64,000 nucleotides of DNA, from contig CM082580.2 of NCBI GenBank assembly GCA_040954595.2, forward strand, positions 14,584,389-14,648,388, written 5' to 3'. The notes under the pieces are model-generated. The model worked only from the letters and a program-made list of their open reading frames with translations, had not been told where the DNA came from and ran no database searches. Positions within the stretch are counted from its first letter, which is position 1; every line of letters starts with the position of its first letter. Below are positions 26,401-59,119 of the stretch, piece by piece. The stretch comes from Balanoglossus misakiensis. Lineage: Eukaryota > Animalia > Hemichordata. The translations under genes and the position numbers were made by a program.

Positions 26401-28952
26401 TAATGTTTCAGTACACTGGGGCAGTTTTGTTTGCTTGTCAATGTTCTTTAATGGACGGATTATGTCAATGGTGAATAAAAAATGTTTATAGAAAAATTTA
26501 TGTAGATAATCAGACAGATTTTGTGAAATTGACATGTCGCTATTCTTATTTTCTCTTTCAGTATTCACCTGTCGGTGGTTGCCTGTGGCGACAGAGCCAA
26601 TGAAACCCTTGTCATGTTAAAATCAGCTGTTTTATTCACAAAAGCACCATTACATTTCCACATATTTGCCGAAGATGAGCTGCATTTTATTTTTAAAGAA
26701 AACGTAAGTGAGATGACGTGACAGTGAACGTAATGTTTTATTTTCTTGTGATAAATACCAAGTGAAGTAAGGAACAGAACGTTATCTAAAATCACGGCGA
26801 AATATTCTCCTTCATTGTTATTTTCAGGAAGAAATGTTTGATTTATATTTCTATTTTTAAATGGCAACCAAAAAACATGGAGGTTTTGCTAGCTATTCTT
26901 AACTTTGAATAATTTGTGTTGTTTTCTATACCAACAGTTAGAAAAATGGCCACAAAAGTACCGAGCCAAAATGGTGTATAACATCTACAGTATAACATTT
27001 CCACCTGGTGAGAATGCTGCAGAATGGAAGAAATTATTCAAACCATGTGCTTCACAAAGATTATTCTTACCTGTAAGTAAAATATCTAATCTAATTTACG
27101 TTTCACTTGTATAAATTCACTTATTCTGTAATTTGTATTTGGTGTAAAATTCAATTTTGCCACTTGTAAACACTTTATTTCTGAAAGACATATTGTCAAA
27201 TCTACTTTAGCATTTCAGTGTGAAAGAAGAATAAGATCTCAAAGCCAATAAAACATCTTATACTACTGAGACTTGAAGAATGTGCTATGACAGTAAATCT
27301 TCTTTTGGCTGAAAAGTGAAAGGTGACACGTCTTCACTGCCAACTTGTATTTCCTTGTACTGCAGTCCTTGATCATGCTAACCACAACCTGACATTGAAA
27401 TACATCAATGCAATACTACAAACAAGTACAATGTGGCACCTATACAGTGCAGAGTAGCATTTCTTTAATCCTAACTTGCTGTCTCCTGTTCCACTTTTCA
27501 GGATGTTCTCACATCTGTTGATTCCCTTCTGTATGTTGACACAGATGTCCTCTTTCTGTTCCCGTTGGATGAAATCTGGGAGTTCTTCAGGAAGTTCAAT
27601 GACACACACTTGGCTGCAATGACTCCAGAACATGAAGCTATGAGCATTGGATGGTACAACCGATTTGCTCAACACCCGTACTACGGAGAGACGGGGGTCA
27701 ACTCAGGGGTCATGTTGATGAACCTTACAAGAATACGCAAATTTGGCTGGACCAAAAGAATTCTTCCAATTTATAAAGAGTACAAGTTGAAAATTACCTG
27801 GGGCGACCAGGATCTTCTAAACATATTATTCCACTATCATCCTGGTGAGTTGATTACTGCAACTTCATGGACACTAAACTGAAAATGAGGATTTCTGGTG
27901 GTTTCTAGAAACATATCCAGTCTAACCATATCACATGTATGGGTTACATGATGTTGTTGACAGATGGCAGTGACAAAACATTGTGCAGTTAACATGCAGC
28001 GGCACCTGAAATTTTGAAACCTACTGCTAAGTTTTAATGCTGTATACAGCAACTACAAATTGTCAACAATTGTAAATAGTCAGTTTTGTGTGAGTTTGTC
28101 TCCAATTATTACACAACACCATCATCTGTATAGTGTACAAAACAAGTGCCTGTTCACTGACATCATGTAACGGTAGTGTGTATCTGAAATTACATATGCC
28201 ATAACAAATCACATGTTTTCCTCATTTTACTTAATTTAATTATTTTCTTATCTTCTGATTGCAGAATTATTATATGTTTATCCATGTGAGTGGAATTACA
28301 GACCAGACCATTGTATGTATTCCAGTTTATGTAAACGAGCAGAGCAAGTTGGCATCAAGGTTGTGCATGGCAATCGTGGTGTCTTTCACAATGAAAAACA
28401 AATGACATTTAGATCTATTTACGAAGCTTTGAATCAGGTAAGAATGCTGTGCGGCAAGACAAGACGAGTAGATTAAAAATCACAAACTCAATTGTAATCT
28501 ACAAAAATAAAAACCAGTTGGAAGGACTATATCATATGTATCATATACTAGTGTCTTAGCAACTGTTGCTATGGAGAATTATTTGTGTTGATTATCCAGA
28601 AATCATTTGCAGTACAGAGTTAAATATGGACGTCCAAAGGGAATTCAATACACCATATGTGCAAGTGATTGTATGGAAATGTAGTAGCAATATGCAAATA
28701 TACTTCAGTGGGCCATGTTAGAATGTGCTGCCTGAAGTTTCTTTTTATCACACCTCGTCATATAATATAGTCATTTGCTTGAACTGTTTGTGTTGTATAT
28801 TTTCTTTTCAGTACAACCTAGGTGAAGACCCAAGGACTAATCTGCTAGAACCCATGAACAATGCACTGATGGCAACGACAAATACACCATGTGGAAAACT
28901 GACAGATTCTTTCCTGAAAACCTTAGTCCAATCTGTCATGAATCTGAGCTAG
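15208..28952 (+). CDS. GXYLT1: Glucoside xylosyltransferase (GXYLT1/2 / shams family, GT8), 6 coding exons, ~598 aa
   Basis: Exons: 15208-16070, 26562-26703, 26938-27072, 27502-27844, 28265-28437, 28812-28952 (1797 nt, phases consistent). Motifs [35 protein letters not shown] (DxD), [39 protein letters not shown]. Exon 1 encodes the TM anchor plus a long Q/P-rich stem. Joining it across a 10.5-kb intron is inferred from phase and topology. Likely pro-ortholog of GXYLT1 and GXYLT2. Confidence 0.9.
16162..16212. mobile_element. 51-bp micro-MITE, Mutator-like (9-bp TSD)
   Basis: 16-bp terminal inverted repeats TCGCTGCAATGATTGT / ACAATCATTGCAGCTA (1 mismatch), flanked by GGGAACACC at 16153-16161 and 16213-16221. 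Confidence 0.7.
16507..16600. mobile_element. piggyBac-like ~90-bp MITE (TTAA TSD), family copy
   Basis: TTAA-(T)CCTTTCACC...GGTGAAAGGG-TTAA. Related copies at 47185-47277, 55876-55952, 56702-56805 and a partial copy at ~10137-10194. Confidence 0.7.
17346..17420. repeat. Compound (TACA)n(CA)n microsatellite
   Basis: Directly visible tandem repeat in GXYLT intron 1. Confidence 0.95.
18234..18273. repeat. (GGAT)n microsatellite
   Basis: Directly visible tandem repeat with one interruption. Confidence 0.9.
20244..20551. mobile_element. 308-bp fold-back MITE with 8-bp TSD (P-element-like or hAT)
   Basis: Near-perfect palindrome with ~150-bp arms (CACAGGCACTTGTAA... / ...TTACAAGCGCCTGTG). Flanking direct repeat ATTAATAC at 20236-20243 and 20552-20559. 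Termini fit the CANRG consensus of P-superfamily elements. Confidence 0.85.
24599..24677. mobile_element. 79-bp micro-MITE, Mutator-like (9-bp TSD)
   Basis: Imperfect TIRs TAGCCTAGT..TTTGTCC / GGACAAA..ACTAGGCTA. TSD ATGCCTGTT at 24590-24598 and 24678-24686. Confidence 0.8.
25270..25487. mobile_element. Fold-back MITE (TA/TATA-flanked) carrying a nested insertion
   Basis: TATAGGGCAGGTTTGTCTTAACCGCCATCTTG.. / ..CAAGATGGCGGTTAAGACAAACCTGCCCTATA. The arms pair throughout once the 25324-25355 insert and one TSD copy are removed. Confidence 0.8.
25324..25355. mobile_element. 32-bp hairpin micro-element with 7-bp TSD (P-like termini)
   Basis: CATGGAGGTACTAG-AGTA-CTAGTACCTCCATG (perfect 14-bp arms), flanked by GTGGGAT at 25317-25323 and 25356-25362. 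Confidence 0.8.
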
Positions 28953-29892
28953 CAAAAACGAGGAGTATGGGTTTTATTTATTTGATTTTCCCCCATTTTT
29001 GTAGGAGATATTTTTTCAGTATTTTAGTTTACGGGGAAATATTATTGGGTGGGATTTGAAGTTGATTAGTACTGATTAGTTGAGAGCCAGCAAGGTGAAG
29101 TAAACTTGTGGCTGGGTCAGAGTGAGGTCACAGTGTGGCCCGGTGGAAAGTTAGGTCATGAAATATCACTGAGTGGATAAGCCAGGAAGAGGTCATTAGA
29201 TTTGTTGGTCAGAACGACATCCTTAAGAATGTTAATGGTCGTGATATATCTCCCACTGAGGATCAGATAGCATTTGAACTCTTGAATGGGTTAGCAAGTG
29301 TGGTGCCTTGAATCCCCTTTCTCCCTGCAATGAATTACATGTATATTGATCTGAAACATGTCACCAGTCAACATCAATTTGTCAGATTACCCACTAGTAT
29401 GTGCTACATGCCTTTGGCTCTGCTAATTCATGTATACCATTAACACCTGGTGACCTCGTCCAGTCCTCTGAACCTTGATGAGTGACCCCTGGTGACCTCA
29501 CTGAACTCTCTGAGCCTTGATCCCTCATGTGACCCATGACAGGCAAACAGTAAACATTTGGTGATGTTGCCATAGCCTTTCAAATTTCATATTTGAAATA
29601 GTACTTCATCAATAGCTGTCCTATGACTCTAGCTGATACATGAATAATAGACTATAAAAATACTGTTGAATTAACAGAAGTTTTATTTTGGAACTGCTCT
29701 GTGGGAATATTTGGCACTTTGCCATGCGCGATGCCCATCTTGTCACTTTTTGTCGTCTGCTTCATGTTTAATGCTCGATCCAGGGCGCTCGTCTTTACAT
29801 TCATCGTCGCCATGGTGGTTCGCCTTACGGTAACTTCTTATTCTGAGGCTGTTTCGTTAAGAAATGACACTGATATGCCACAAAGTCAAATC

Positions 29893-29966
29893 GATTTGGG
29901 TACAATTCGCTCCATATAGCACGAGCTGTTAGGCGAGTGCTATATGTCTTGAATTGTACCCAAATC
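29893..29966. repeat. Strong hairpin inside a CpG-rich, probably mobile-element-derived segment (~29715-30000)
   Basis: GATTTGGGTACAATTC..CATATAGCAC / GTGCTATATG..GAATTGTACCCAAATC inverted repeat. Family not assigned. Confidence 0.55.
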
Positions 29967-30376
29967 TCGTGTATAATTGGCGGGGGTTATTGCTTAAGTT
30001 TAAAATCTCATTTCGCTTTCAATCAGTGAAATGTATTTATATTCAGATTATAAAAAAGGGTAATTCTATAATTGGTAAATATAACTATTTGATATTTTGA
30101 AATTTGAGGTGACCTAGCAGATGAGGTGAACTTATTAAATGTATACATTATGATTGTGTACAGTTTGGTAAATGTGTCAAAAGTCAGAAAATGACCTTTT
30201 AGAAGGGTCAGGACTTGACTTGAAAGCAAAAGATGACTGTGTTGATATATATATTTGTGCATATCACCCACAATGCAAATGGACATAAACATTCCATAGA
30301 TTGGTGTTTCAGTGTGATTGCATGGCTCTTTTTCGCAAGTACTTATGATGTGTCGATATGTGACATAAAAGTGAGA

Positions 30377-31570
30377 AATATAGCTGCAAGCAGCGATGAC
30401 GGGCACAAGCTTAAGCCGAAGGTCAAAGGTCATATGTGGTCACCCAAAAATTGGGCAAAAAGTTTTGACCCCCATACTAGTCCAGGTCCAACAGAAACCA
30501 GACCTCTGGCCCTATTGGTTTGTCTGAAATTAGATATGCGCATAATTAATGATGTAAAGTGTAAGACTCTATCAATAGTTCGATCCATCCAAACACAAAT
30601 GCTGTACCTGTTCTGGATGCCGAGATATAGGAAAGTAGGTCAAAGGTCACCTGAGGCCATCCGAAAGTTTAGCAAAAAATTTTGACCCCATACCAGTCCA
30701 GGTCCAACAAAAATCAGGCCTCTAACCCTATTGGTTCGCCTAGAATTAGATATGCACATAATTAATGGGGTAAAGTATAAGGCTTCATTAGGAGTTCCAT
30801 GCCTCCAAATGCCAAGGCTGTATCTGCGCTGGTTGCCGAGATATGGTAAAGTAGGTCAAAGGTCACCTGAGGTCACCCAAAATTGGGCAAGACATTTTAA
30901 CCCCATACTGGTCCATGTTCAACAAAAATCAAACCTCTAGCCCTATTGGCTAGCCTGGAATTAGGTATGCACATAATTAATGAGATAAGCAGGTGTCACA
31001 GGTGACCCCTAATTTTGTCTTTTCAATTTTAGTCACAACCCTCCAAACGCCAAGTCAGTACCTGCTGTGGATGCCGAGATATAGGAAAGTAGGTCAAAGG
31101 TCACCTGAGGTCACCCAAAATTTGGGCAAAAAATTTTGATGCCATACTGATCCATGTCCCACAAGAACAAAACCTCTAGCCTTATTAGTTAGCCTGGAAT
31201 TAGGTATGCACATAATTAATGAGTTTAGCAGGTGTTACAGGTGAACCCAAAATTTTGCCTTTTATTGTGGTCCCATTCTGCTCACGGGCCAATGGAGAGT
31301 CACTGTACAGGACCATTGCACAGCCGACGTGGACATAGCGTCATAGCTAAACTATAGAAAGTATAGGCCCATGGCTGGGTTCAAAAATATGAAAAATAAA
31401 AAAATCTTCTTCTCAAAATAGACTTGGCCCACGGCCTTGACATTTGGCATGTAGGACACTGACCACATGGTCTGCAAAAATCGCTAAAAGAATTTTGATA
31501 TCTCCATTCAAATGCAAATTAGGCCCATTTGAAAACTTTGCCCATATATGGTCATCAGGTCACATGACTA
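30377..31570 (-). mobile_element. Non-autonomous repeat with internal tandem array (Helentron/HINE-like, tentative)
   Basis: Four diverged ~216-238-bp units starting at 30421, 30638, 30854 and 31092 (GGTCAAAGGTCA..). The minus-strand end GCCCGTCATCGCTGCTTGCAGCTATATTT resembles, from memory, ends of DINE/HINE-type elements. The array is certain; class and outer boundaries are inferred. Confidence 0.55.
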
Positions 31571-33975
31571 ATTAAACATTCACAGGGATACTGCACCACA
31601 GACACCCACAGAAAGGTCAGCATTGAAAACATGATTTCTGTTCATGTTATATCATAAATAATGTTAAAAATAAGCCTTTGATTATCGTACTGTGTTAGAC
31701 AAGTCTTTGAAAGTAAATATGATCATAAAAAATACTTCTGCAAGTTCATGTCAGACATTTTACAGAAAAATTTCGCTATTTCATGAAGAAGTTCAAAAAA
31801 GCATTTGTTGCATATGTCATAAAATGTCAAAGGCACTATGGCCAGGTCAGATATAGTGGTATGTGTAGAACTCTGATAAAATCACAATTCTCTACATTGA
31901 GTGCATCTAGTGTTATGTTTTCTGCACAGTTTCAGATGATATTTGTGTGAAACGTGGATAGAAGTACAGTGAAACCCATCTATGTAGGACGGCTTTGGGA
32001 ACTGAAAAATGGTGTTCTTAATCACAGAGGGACTGTGTCTTAATAGACAGGTGGCATTCTATTAAAATCGTATCTTTTGTCTTGAAACATCTTACGTTGA
32101 TAGAAATGTCCTGATATAGAGCTGTGTCCATAATGTAATGTTTCTCTCAAATTATTTTGACTTATTTTTTTCTTATTTTTGGGGTTTATATTTGAGTGTG
32201 ATATGGTCAAGCAAGGGTGACATTAACATTTTGTGTGTGTATATTGGTATACAGGGTTTTATGTGTAGAAGTTGGTGAAGTGAACCCCGTTTCTGTTCTG
32301 TCAATTTATTCATATTTGTAGTATGTTTGAATTTTTTCATTTTTTTTCCATTTATGTTGTAAAGGTAATATTAAAATTGAATGAATTATGGTACAAAGAA
32401 AATAACTCCTGATATACAGTATCTGAACTGAGAATAAAATAACAGTAAAACCTGTGTACTAAGGACACCTTTCGGAACAGGATAAAAAAAACTGTTTTCT
32501 TGGAGGACTTGTGTCATTGTTCATTTGAATCGCAGGTTACACCCATTCCGTTGTCTGTGTGACACTGCCACTCTTTCCAAAATCTCATCTACTTTATTGT
32601 CTTTCAATCTATTTTTATTATTAAGATGACAAGAAATGTATATAGTGCTCTATTAATGTCCATGTCATGGCAGGGGATCTATATCTAATAAAATGTTCTT
32701 TTTATACTAGCAAAATGTGTTTGCCAAGGATGGTGGTCATGTTTGTCATGTCATGGTGATACACAGATACCAATTTTTTACCCATTCTTGCTAACCAGGT
32801 CCATCTATTTCTGCTTCACGAAAAGAAGCTGAAACTGTGGCTGTAAAGAGGCCGTGGTTTACAATTTTGTTTTAAGGGGCAATCCTGTTTTATCTGTCTT
32901 AGCTATGGTGGATGGACATGTTTGAATGTTCTGTGTATGGTGATAGAAAAAAGGGGCATATGTCTGTGCACAGATTTAAGGCCTTTGTTTTTATAAGTTG
33001 TAATTCAGGAAATTTTTACGACAGGAAAAACTAGCTGTTTTGGCTTCATGGTGTGTGTTGCATGCATGAAATTTATCACTGCAAGTACACTAAATGACCA
33101 GTGGTGACATTTTTCCATATTTTATTTCAACACAATGTTGTTTAACAGTATAAATAAATACATTTTTCAAACACAAAAGATGCAAATTACTAAAGAAAAT
33201 GAACTTCATGTTTATTCGCATTTCTCTTGAAAACGTAAGTACTATTGCACATGGGTACCTAGTCCAGTGTGACCACCTGACTGAGTACATTTTAGGAGTT
33301 TGAACATTCGAGTATTTTAACAAATTCAATTAATTCTTCATCAGCATTTCTCTATAAAACTGTTTCAACTTCAGGACTAGTATATATCCACCCAAGAAAG
33401 AACTATGCTGACTAGCCTTCAAGAAAATAATTTTTGATTTTGCAAATTTTGAAGTACAATCAATTGATAAATCGTGTCTGAACCAGCAGATAAAGATACA
33501 CATCAGCATCTGCCAGGCCAAAACTGTAGTTGCATGATTATCTTTGAATCAAAATATTTCACTTTCAGATCATCAGAACTCTATAACATATTTTTAAAGC
33601 ATACTGATCATTAATGTTTGCAATGGGGAGATATCAATTTTTGCAGGATAACTAAAAACGGAATAAAATTGGTGTCATAAATTAATATTTATAAGATAGT
33701 ATTGACATAGTGTGGACATTTGGAGCAAAACATTCATTAAACAAAGATATATGAAGTTCAGTGCAAAGATTCTTCTGAAAACCTAGACACTTATGCTATT
33801 TGAAATTATTCCTCGATAAAATCACCTCAAAGTGAATGAATTATTCATTTTATAGCCACACTAAATGTGTCTCTCACAACATAGGTACTACTATGTTACA
33901 CTTCCTTACATTGAATCACCACAGTTATGAAGTTCTCAGCTCTCTTTATATCTCACCAATACAGTACAGTTCTCT

Positions 33976-44688
<10,713 letters not shown>

Positions 44689-45194
44689 AAGATTTTAATT
44701 TTTCTGACTTCTTTATTTAAGCTGTTTTGCTGTTTTGCAGAATATAACTAGCCAAATTGTCCCACGAGGCAGCAAGACTGACAAAACTGAGCAGCTTCAA
44801 CTTGACAGATTTGACGAACTTGGTGTCATGGTTCAATGGTTTTCAGAGAAATCATAACAGTCGTGTGTAGCCCATTTTTTACACTCTAAAAATGATACTG
44901 CCATATCCAAAATACAGGGATTCAGTGTGACTGTCTGACATGGGTCCAGGTTTAGACCCAGAAACTGTAACTTTTTTACAGTTTCTTTATTATATTGTGT
45001 ACTGTGGCAGGTTACTATTCTCCCTGAATGGATTTGAATCATCAGTTGACAGTTGTGTCTGATTTGTCAACATTGCTGTCATGTGTGTAATGCAGTGCTG
45101 TTAGAATTGATTAGCATTATATTTTGGGATCATTTTACCTTTCATATTCAAACACACCACCTTTCATATTCAAATAAGTAATTTGCATCTGTAA

Positions 45195-45380
<186 letters not shown>

Positions 45381-46034
45381 TAAAGCTTATTAGAACCCAT
45401 ATTATACCATTGCAAAAATGTTATCTTGTTGCTTATAGTTTTGATTTTCAGGGGTAAAACTACTTAGTTTTTTATTTATCATACTGTAACAGGAAAATGA
45501 TGCAGTATCAACCACTTATTACATAATACTACCGAGACTTCAGGAAGTCTGTGCAGCAGTGCATGCGCAGGTGCTGCTAGTGCTAGGTTGATATGCACCC
45601 GCCACTATCTTTGCAGCTAGAACACAAACAGACCTGTACGCAGGGCAAGTTCGAGCGATATCTATCAACCAAACACTCACTCGTACCATGTGTCACAAGA
45701 GACGCCCATGCGTCATGCTCGTTCAACTTACAAGTCGAGACAGTCTGAATATTGACTCGGTCTCTCCGACCTTGATGACCTTTCACCCAACTTTTCGAGG
45801 TCATTTTAGTCTGTAATTCGTCTGTTACTTTATTATTATGGAAACAGTAAACATTTAATTAAAAAGGTAAATTTAGTGTGAATTATCCAAAAGTGGTAGA
45901 AATATACAACTGGGCATGTTTTAGTCAGTTTTTGTTGTTGTTGTTGATGTTGTTTTGCTGATCAATATTTTCGAAACAGCGGACTAAAAATCACAACCAA
46001 ACCCAAGCGTACCCAGAATTCCGTGCTGTCCAAC

Positions 46035-56344
<10,310 letters not shown>

Positions 56345-56701
56345 TGCCTGCTGCAGATATCTTCACACCTGATCACCATTAGTCTGTGGTGTTGAGTACT
56401 TCTATGTAATATGATTGGATTGAGTGTCAAGTCAGTTCCCATGGAGGTGACACTTTCTCTGCACCGCACTCATGGTCATTATTTTAGTTTTTAAAGTGAG
56501 TGAAGAATTTCAAGTCAATTTGTAAAGGTTTGTGTTTTCAAAGGAGTCACAGAAATCATGATTGTGAGTAACAACGAAATACCTTTGAAAAATATCAGAT
56601 TTTCTTGTTGAAGTGGTGCCAGACATCGTTATGAATCTAGGAAAACACTTGCTATCATATTCCAACAGATTACATATGGTAGCCAACTTTGATTTGAACC
56701 T

Positions 56702-56805
56702 TTAACCCCCCCCCCCCCCCCCCCCCCCCAAGTTCCCTCTACAGAGGTCCAACTTTACCATAGTAAACAATGCATTTGGATCAAACTATAGTGGTGAAAG
56801 GTTAA
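56702..56805. mobile_element. piggyBac-like MITE (TTAA TSD) with expanded poly-C, in probable PRPF40 3' UTR
   Basis: TTAA-CCCC(n)..AGAGGTCCAACTTTACCATAG..GTGGTGAAAGG-TTAA. Confidence 0.65.
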
Positions 56806-58591
56806 AATAAAGCATGGGGATATTGTTTATCATGTACCAACCCCACATAGATAACAAACTTTGTAGATACATATGTTTGTTTGTTTTTATAAAGAGTAGT
56901 AAGAAGACTCCATTAGGTCTCTAGACGTTGCAGTGTTTTTGTCAAAACTCAACTGATATTCATACAATTAACTGCCAGACAATTAAAGCTTGTGATTGAC
57001 ATATCCATTGTTGTACAAGTATTTTTATGTCAGGATCAGATGATGCCAAAATTGACAACACTGGCTGTTTCCAAGATAGTGATATGTTAAAACCAAGATT
57101 TCGTGTTATGTCCTGTGTAGCACTTAATAAATGAGATGAATCACTCTGGACTTGAAGTCAACATATTTATTAACTGTGTAAGTAATACTAGAAGATTGAC
57201 ATCTAGGAAACATCATAGTACAGAGTGACACGACTATCAAATAATTTATGTAAGTCTGTTAAGTGTGCAAATTGACTCCACTTCATTGCACAAGTTGTCA
57301 AGGTCTTTCTATGTACAGTAGACAAAAGCTCAAGAATATTGAATGTGACAAACCCTGAATTAAGTTTCATACATGAATATATTGTAGATGGCAGAGTGGA
57401 TGTTCAGATGGGTTATTTACAAGAGGTTATAGAAGGCTCACATCTGTCTGATTACAATAAGTATGAAACCAAAGTCTTGAAATAATGTGTGAAAAACCAC
57501 AGCTAATATGAAGGGTGTAATGTTTGTGATTAGATCTTGGAATAAAAAAAATTATTAGACAAGCATAAAACCATGTGCAACATTAATTCACACTACCGGT
57601 AAGATTTTTTATGCAAGGATTTATTCTCAGAGAGACGATAACAATGACAGAATAGGAAAATTATGGTATTGTTTATTATTTTAAATGCTAAGTCCCAACC
57701 ATTATTGTACTTGGAAAGTCCTGAACCTATCACATTTTAAACTAAATGATTCATGTTGTCATAAAAAGAAGTAACAAATCTGATTAACTCTAAAAGAAAA
57801 GAACTGCTTTATTCAGTACAGATATCATGAAGACGCCACCCATCAGTTGTAAACTTACCTGCAGAGATACAGAGAGAGAGGTGTTAATTTTCAAATACCA
57901 GCTGACTCAATTCTTGTTGTTAAAGTCTCTGAAATGTTCATGTACTACTTTGTATTAAAGTCTTGGAACTGTAACATTATCGAAATTGATGAAAATTAAC
58001 ATTCTGGTAACTTCAAATTGAACCCTCCCCCTATTAAGTGTCCTACACTCGTATTTCTGAGTGTCTATGACCTCGGGTAATATGCGTCATTGGTCAAAAA
58101 TTATTTCAGTGAACTGTATAGATTCAGGAATGGTATAGCCAATTTTCCACATTGGCTCAAATGTATATTTATCTAAAGTTATCTTGTGCATTATAGGTGG
58201 GTTGGTAAGTAGGTATTACCAGTTTGTGTGCATAAATGAATGGATGAGTGTGTTAGTGTATGTGTGTGTGTGTCATTTACTAGTACTTAATTGTTCCTGT
58301 CTCCGATGAGCCTATATTGGTCGCCATGGGTTGTGACATAACAATGTCAGAAATGAGTTTGCCACTCAAATAGGGCCCGTACTGCAGGGGTATTAAATAT
58401 TTAATAAGTACACTGCAGTAAGCCATCAGTTGTCATCACACTGCCCTGCTCAATTATTCAAGTTAATGTGTCTTTTAGTAGAAGTTGTTTTTATCGACAT
58501 CAGGAGTTATGAGGATATATCGTCATCAGATGCGAACAGAAATTAAATCACTAGCTTACGTGCGCATGCGTCATCTTATTTGTACAGCTCT

Positions 58592-59119
58592 TCAAACGTA
58601 ACACCACTTCCAGGATTTGGTTCGCCAATCGATGCACACCTGTAATACCCTCCTAGCTCGTTTTTCGTCGACCATGCCCGGCTCATTACCGAATTCCAAG
58701 TCATCAGCCTGCAGGGATAGTAATACAGTGATGGATTAAACTTAAGATCATTAGGTACAAATCCTTGTCGACTTCGCAATTGACTCCTCCTATCAGTACC
58801 CTCTTAATCTTACAATAATTTTCACAACAAACAGTGGACTGCTCATCTGAGGATTTTCAGAGTGACACATTTAGCCAAGTCGATGACAGAAAAAAAAACA
58901 ATCCGAGAATTATATTAATACATGTAACGATGGTACCTCTCTAAACCCGGAATGAATCAACGCTTGCAGCAGCTGAGTTTGAGAAGGGTCAATCACAGTT
59001 TTTTCACTGTCTTGGACATCGTCCTCGTCCAGTCGAGTTGGTGATGAGATCACGGGAGAAATGTTGAGAATGATCAGCAGCGTTGCCAGGGTTATCAACA
59101 ACCCTTCCAGCGTGGCCAT
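58592..59119 (-). CDS. Melanin-concentrating hormone (MCH)-type neuropeptide precursor, 2 coding exons, 99 aa
   Basis: Exons 59119-58937 and 58708-58592 joined in phase 0 give MATLEGLLITLATLLIILNISPVISS-PTRLDEDDVQDSEKTVIDPSQTQLLQALIHSGFREADDLEFGNEPGMVDE-KR-ARRVLQVCIDWRTKSWKWCYV*. Signal peptide, acidic spacer, dibasic site, and a C-terminal Cys-x10-Cys peptide. Confidence 0.82.

Noticed and set aside
16071-26561. Nested protein-coding gene in the 10.5-kb GXYLT intron
   Set aside because: Only short ORFs without recognisable motifs or a consistent exon chain; visible content is MITEs and microsatellites. A small or divergent gene cannot be fully excluded.
909-28952. Functional glycosylation/secretory-pathway cluster (PCYOX1, KIAA2013, ST8SIA, GXYLT)
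   Set aside because: The enzymes act in unrelated pathways; nothing in the sequence supports more than chance adjacency.
30023-30940. ORFs of 136, 150 and 69 aa over the tandem array
   Set aside because: Arise from the repeat units; no transposase or helicase motifs.
31965-32500. Tigger/pogo-like MITE remnants (TACAGTGAAACC.., ACAGTAAAACC..)
   Set aside because: Only one recognisable end each and too degraded to define boundaries.
58285-58381. Possible selenoprotein frame (..HF-TGA-HC..) on the minus strand
   Set aside because: No phase-compatible upstream exon, no recognisable selenoprotein motif and no SECIS seen.
58576-58779. 67-aa ORF MRSRQGFV... in the ORF track
   Set aside because: Wrong-frame read of exon 2 of the MCH-like precursor; the phase-0 frame gives the coherent peptide.
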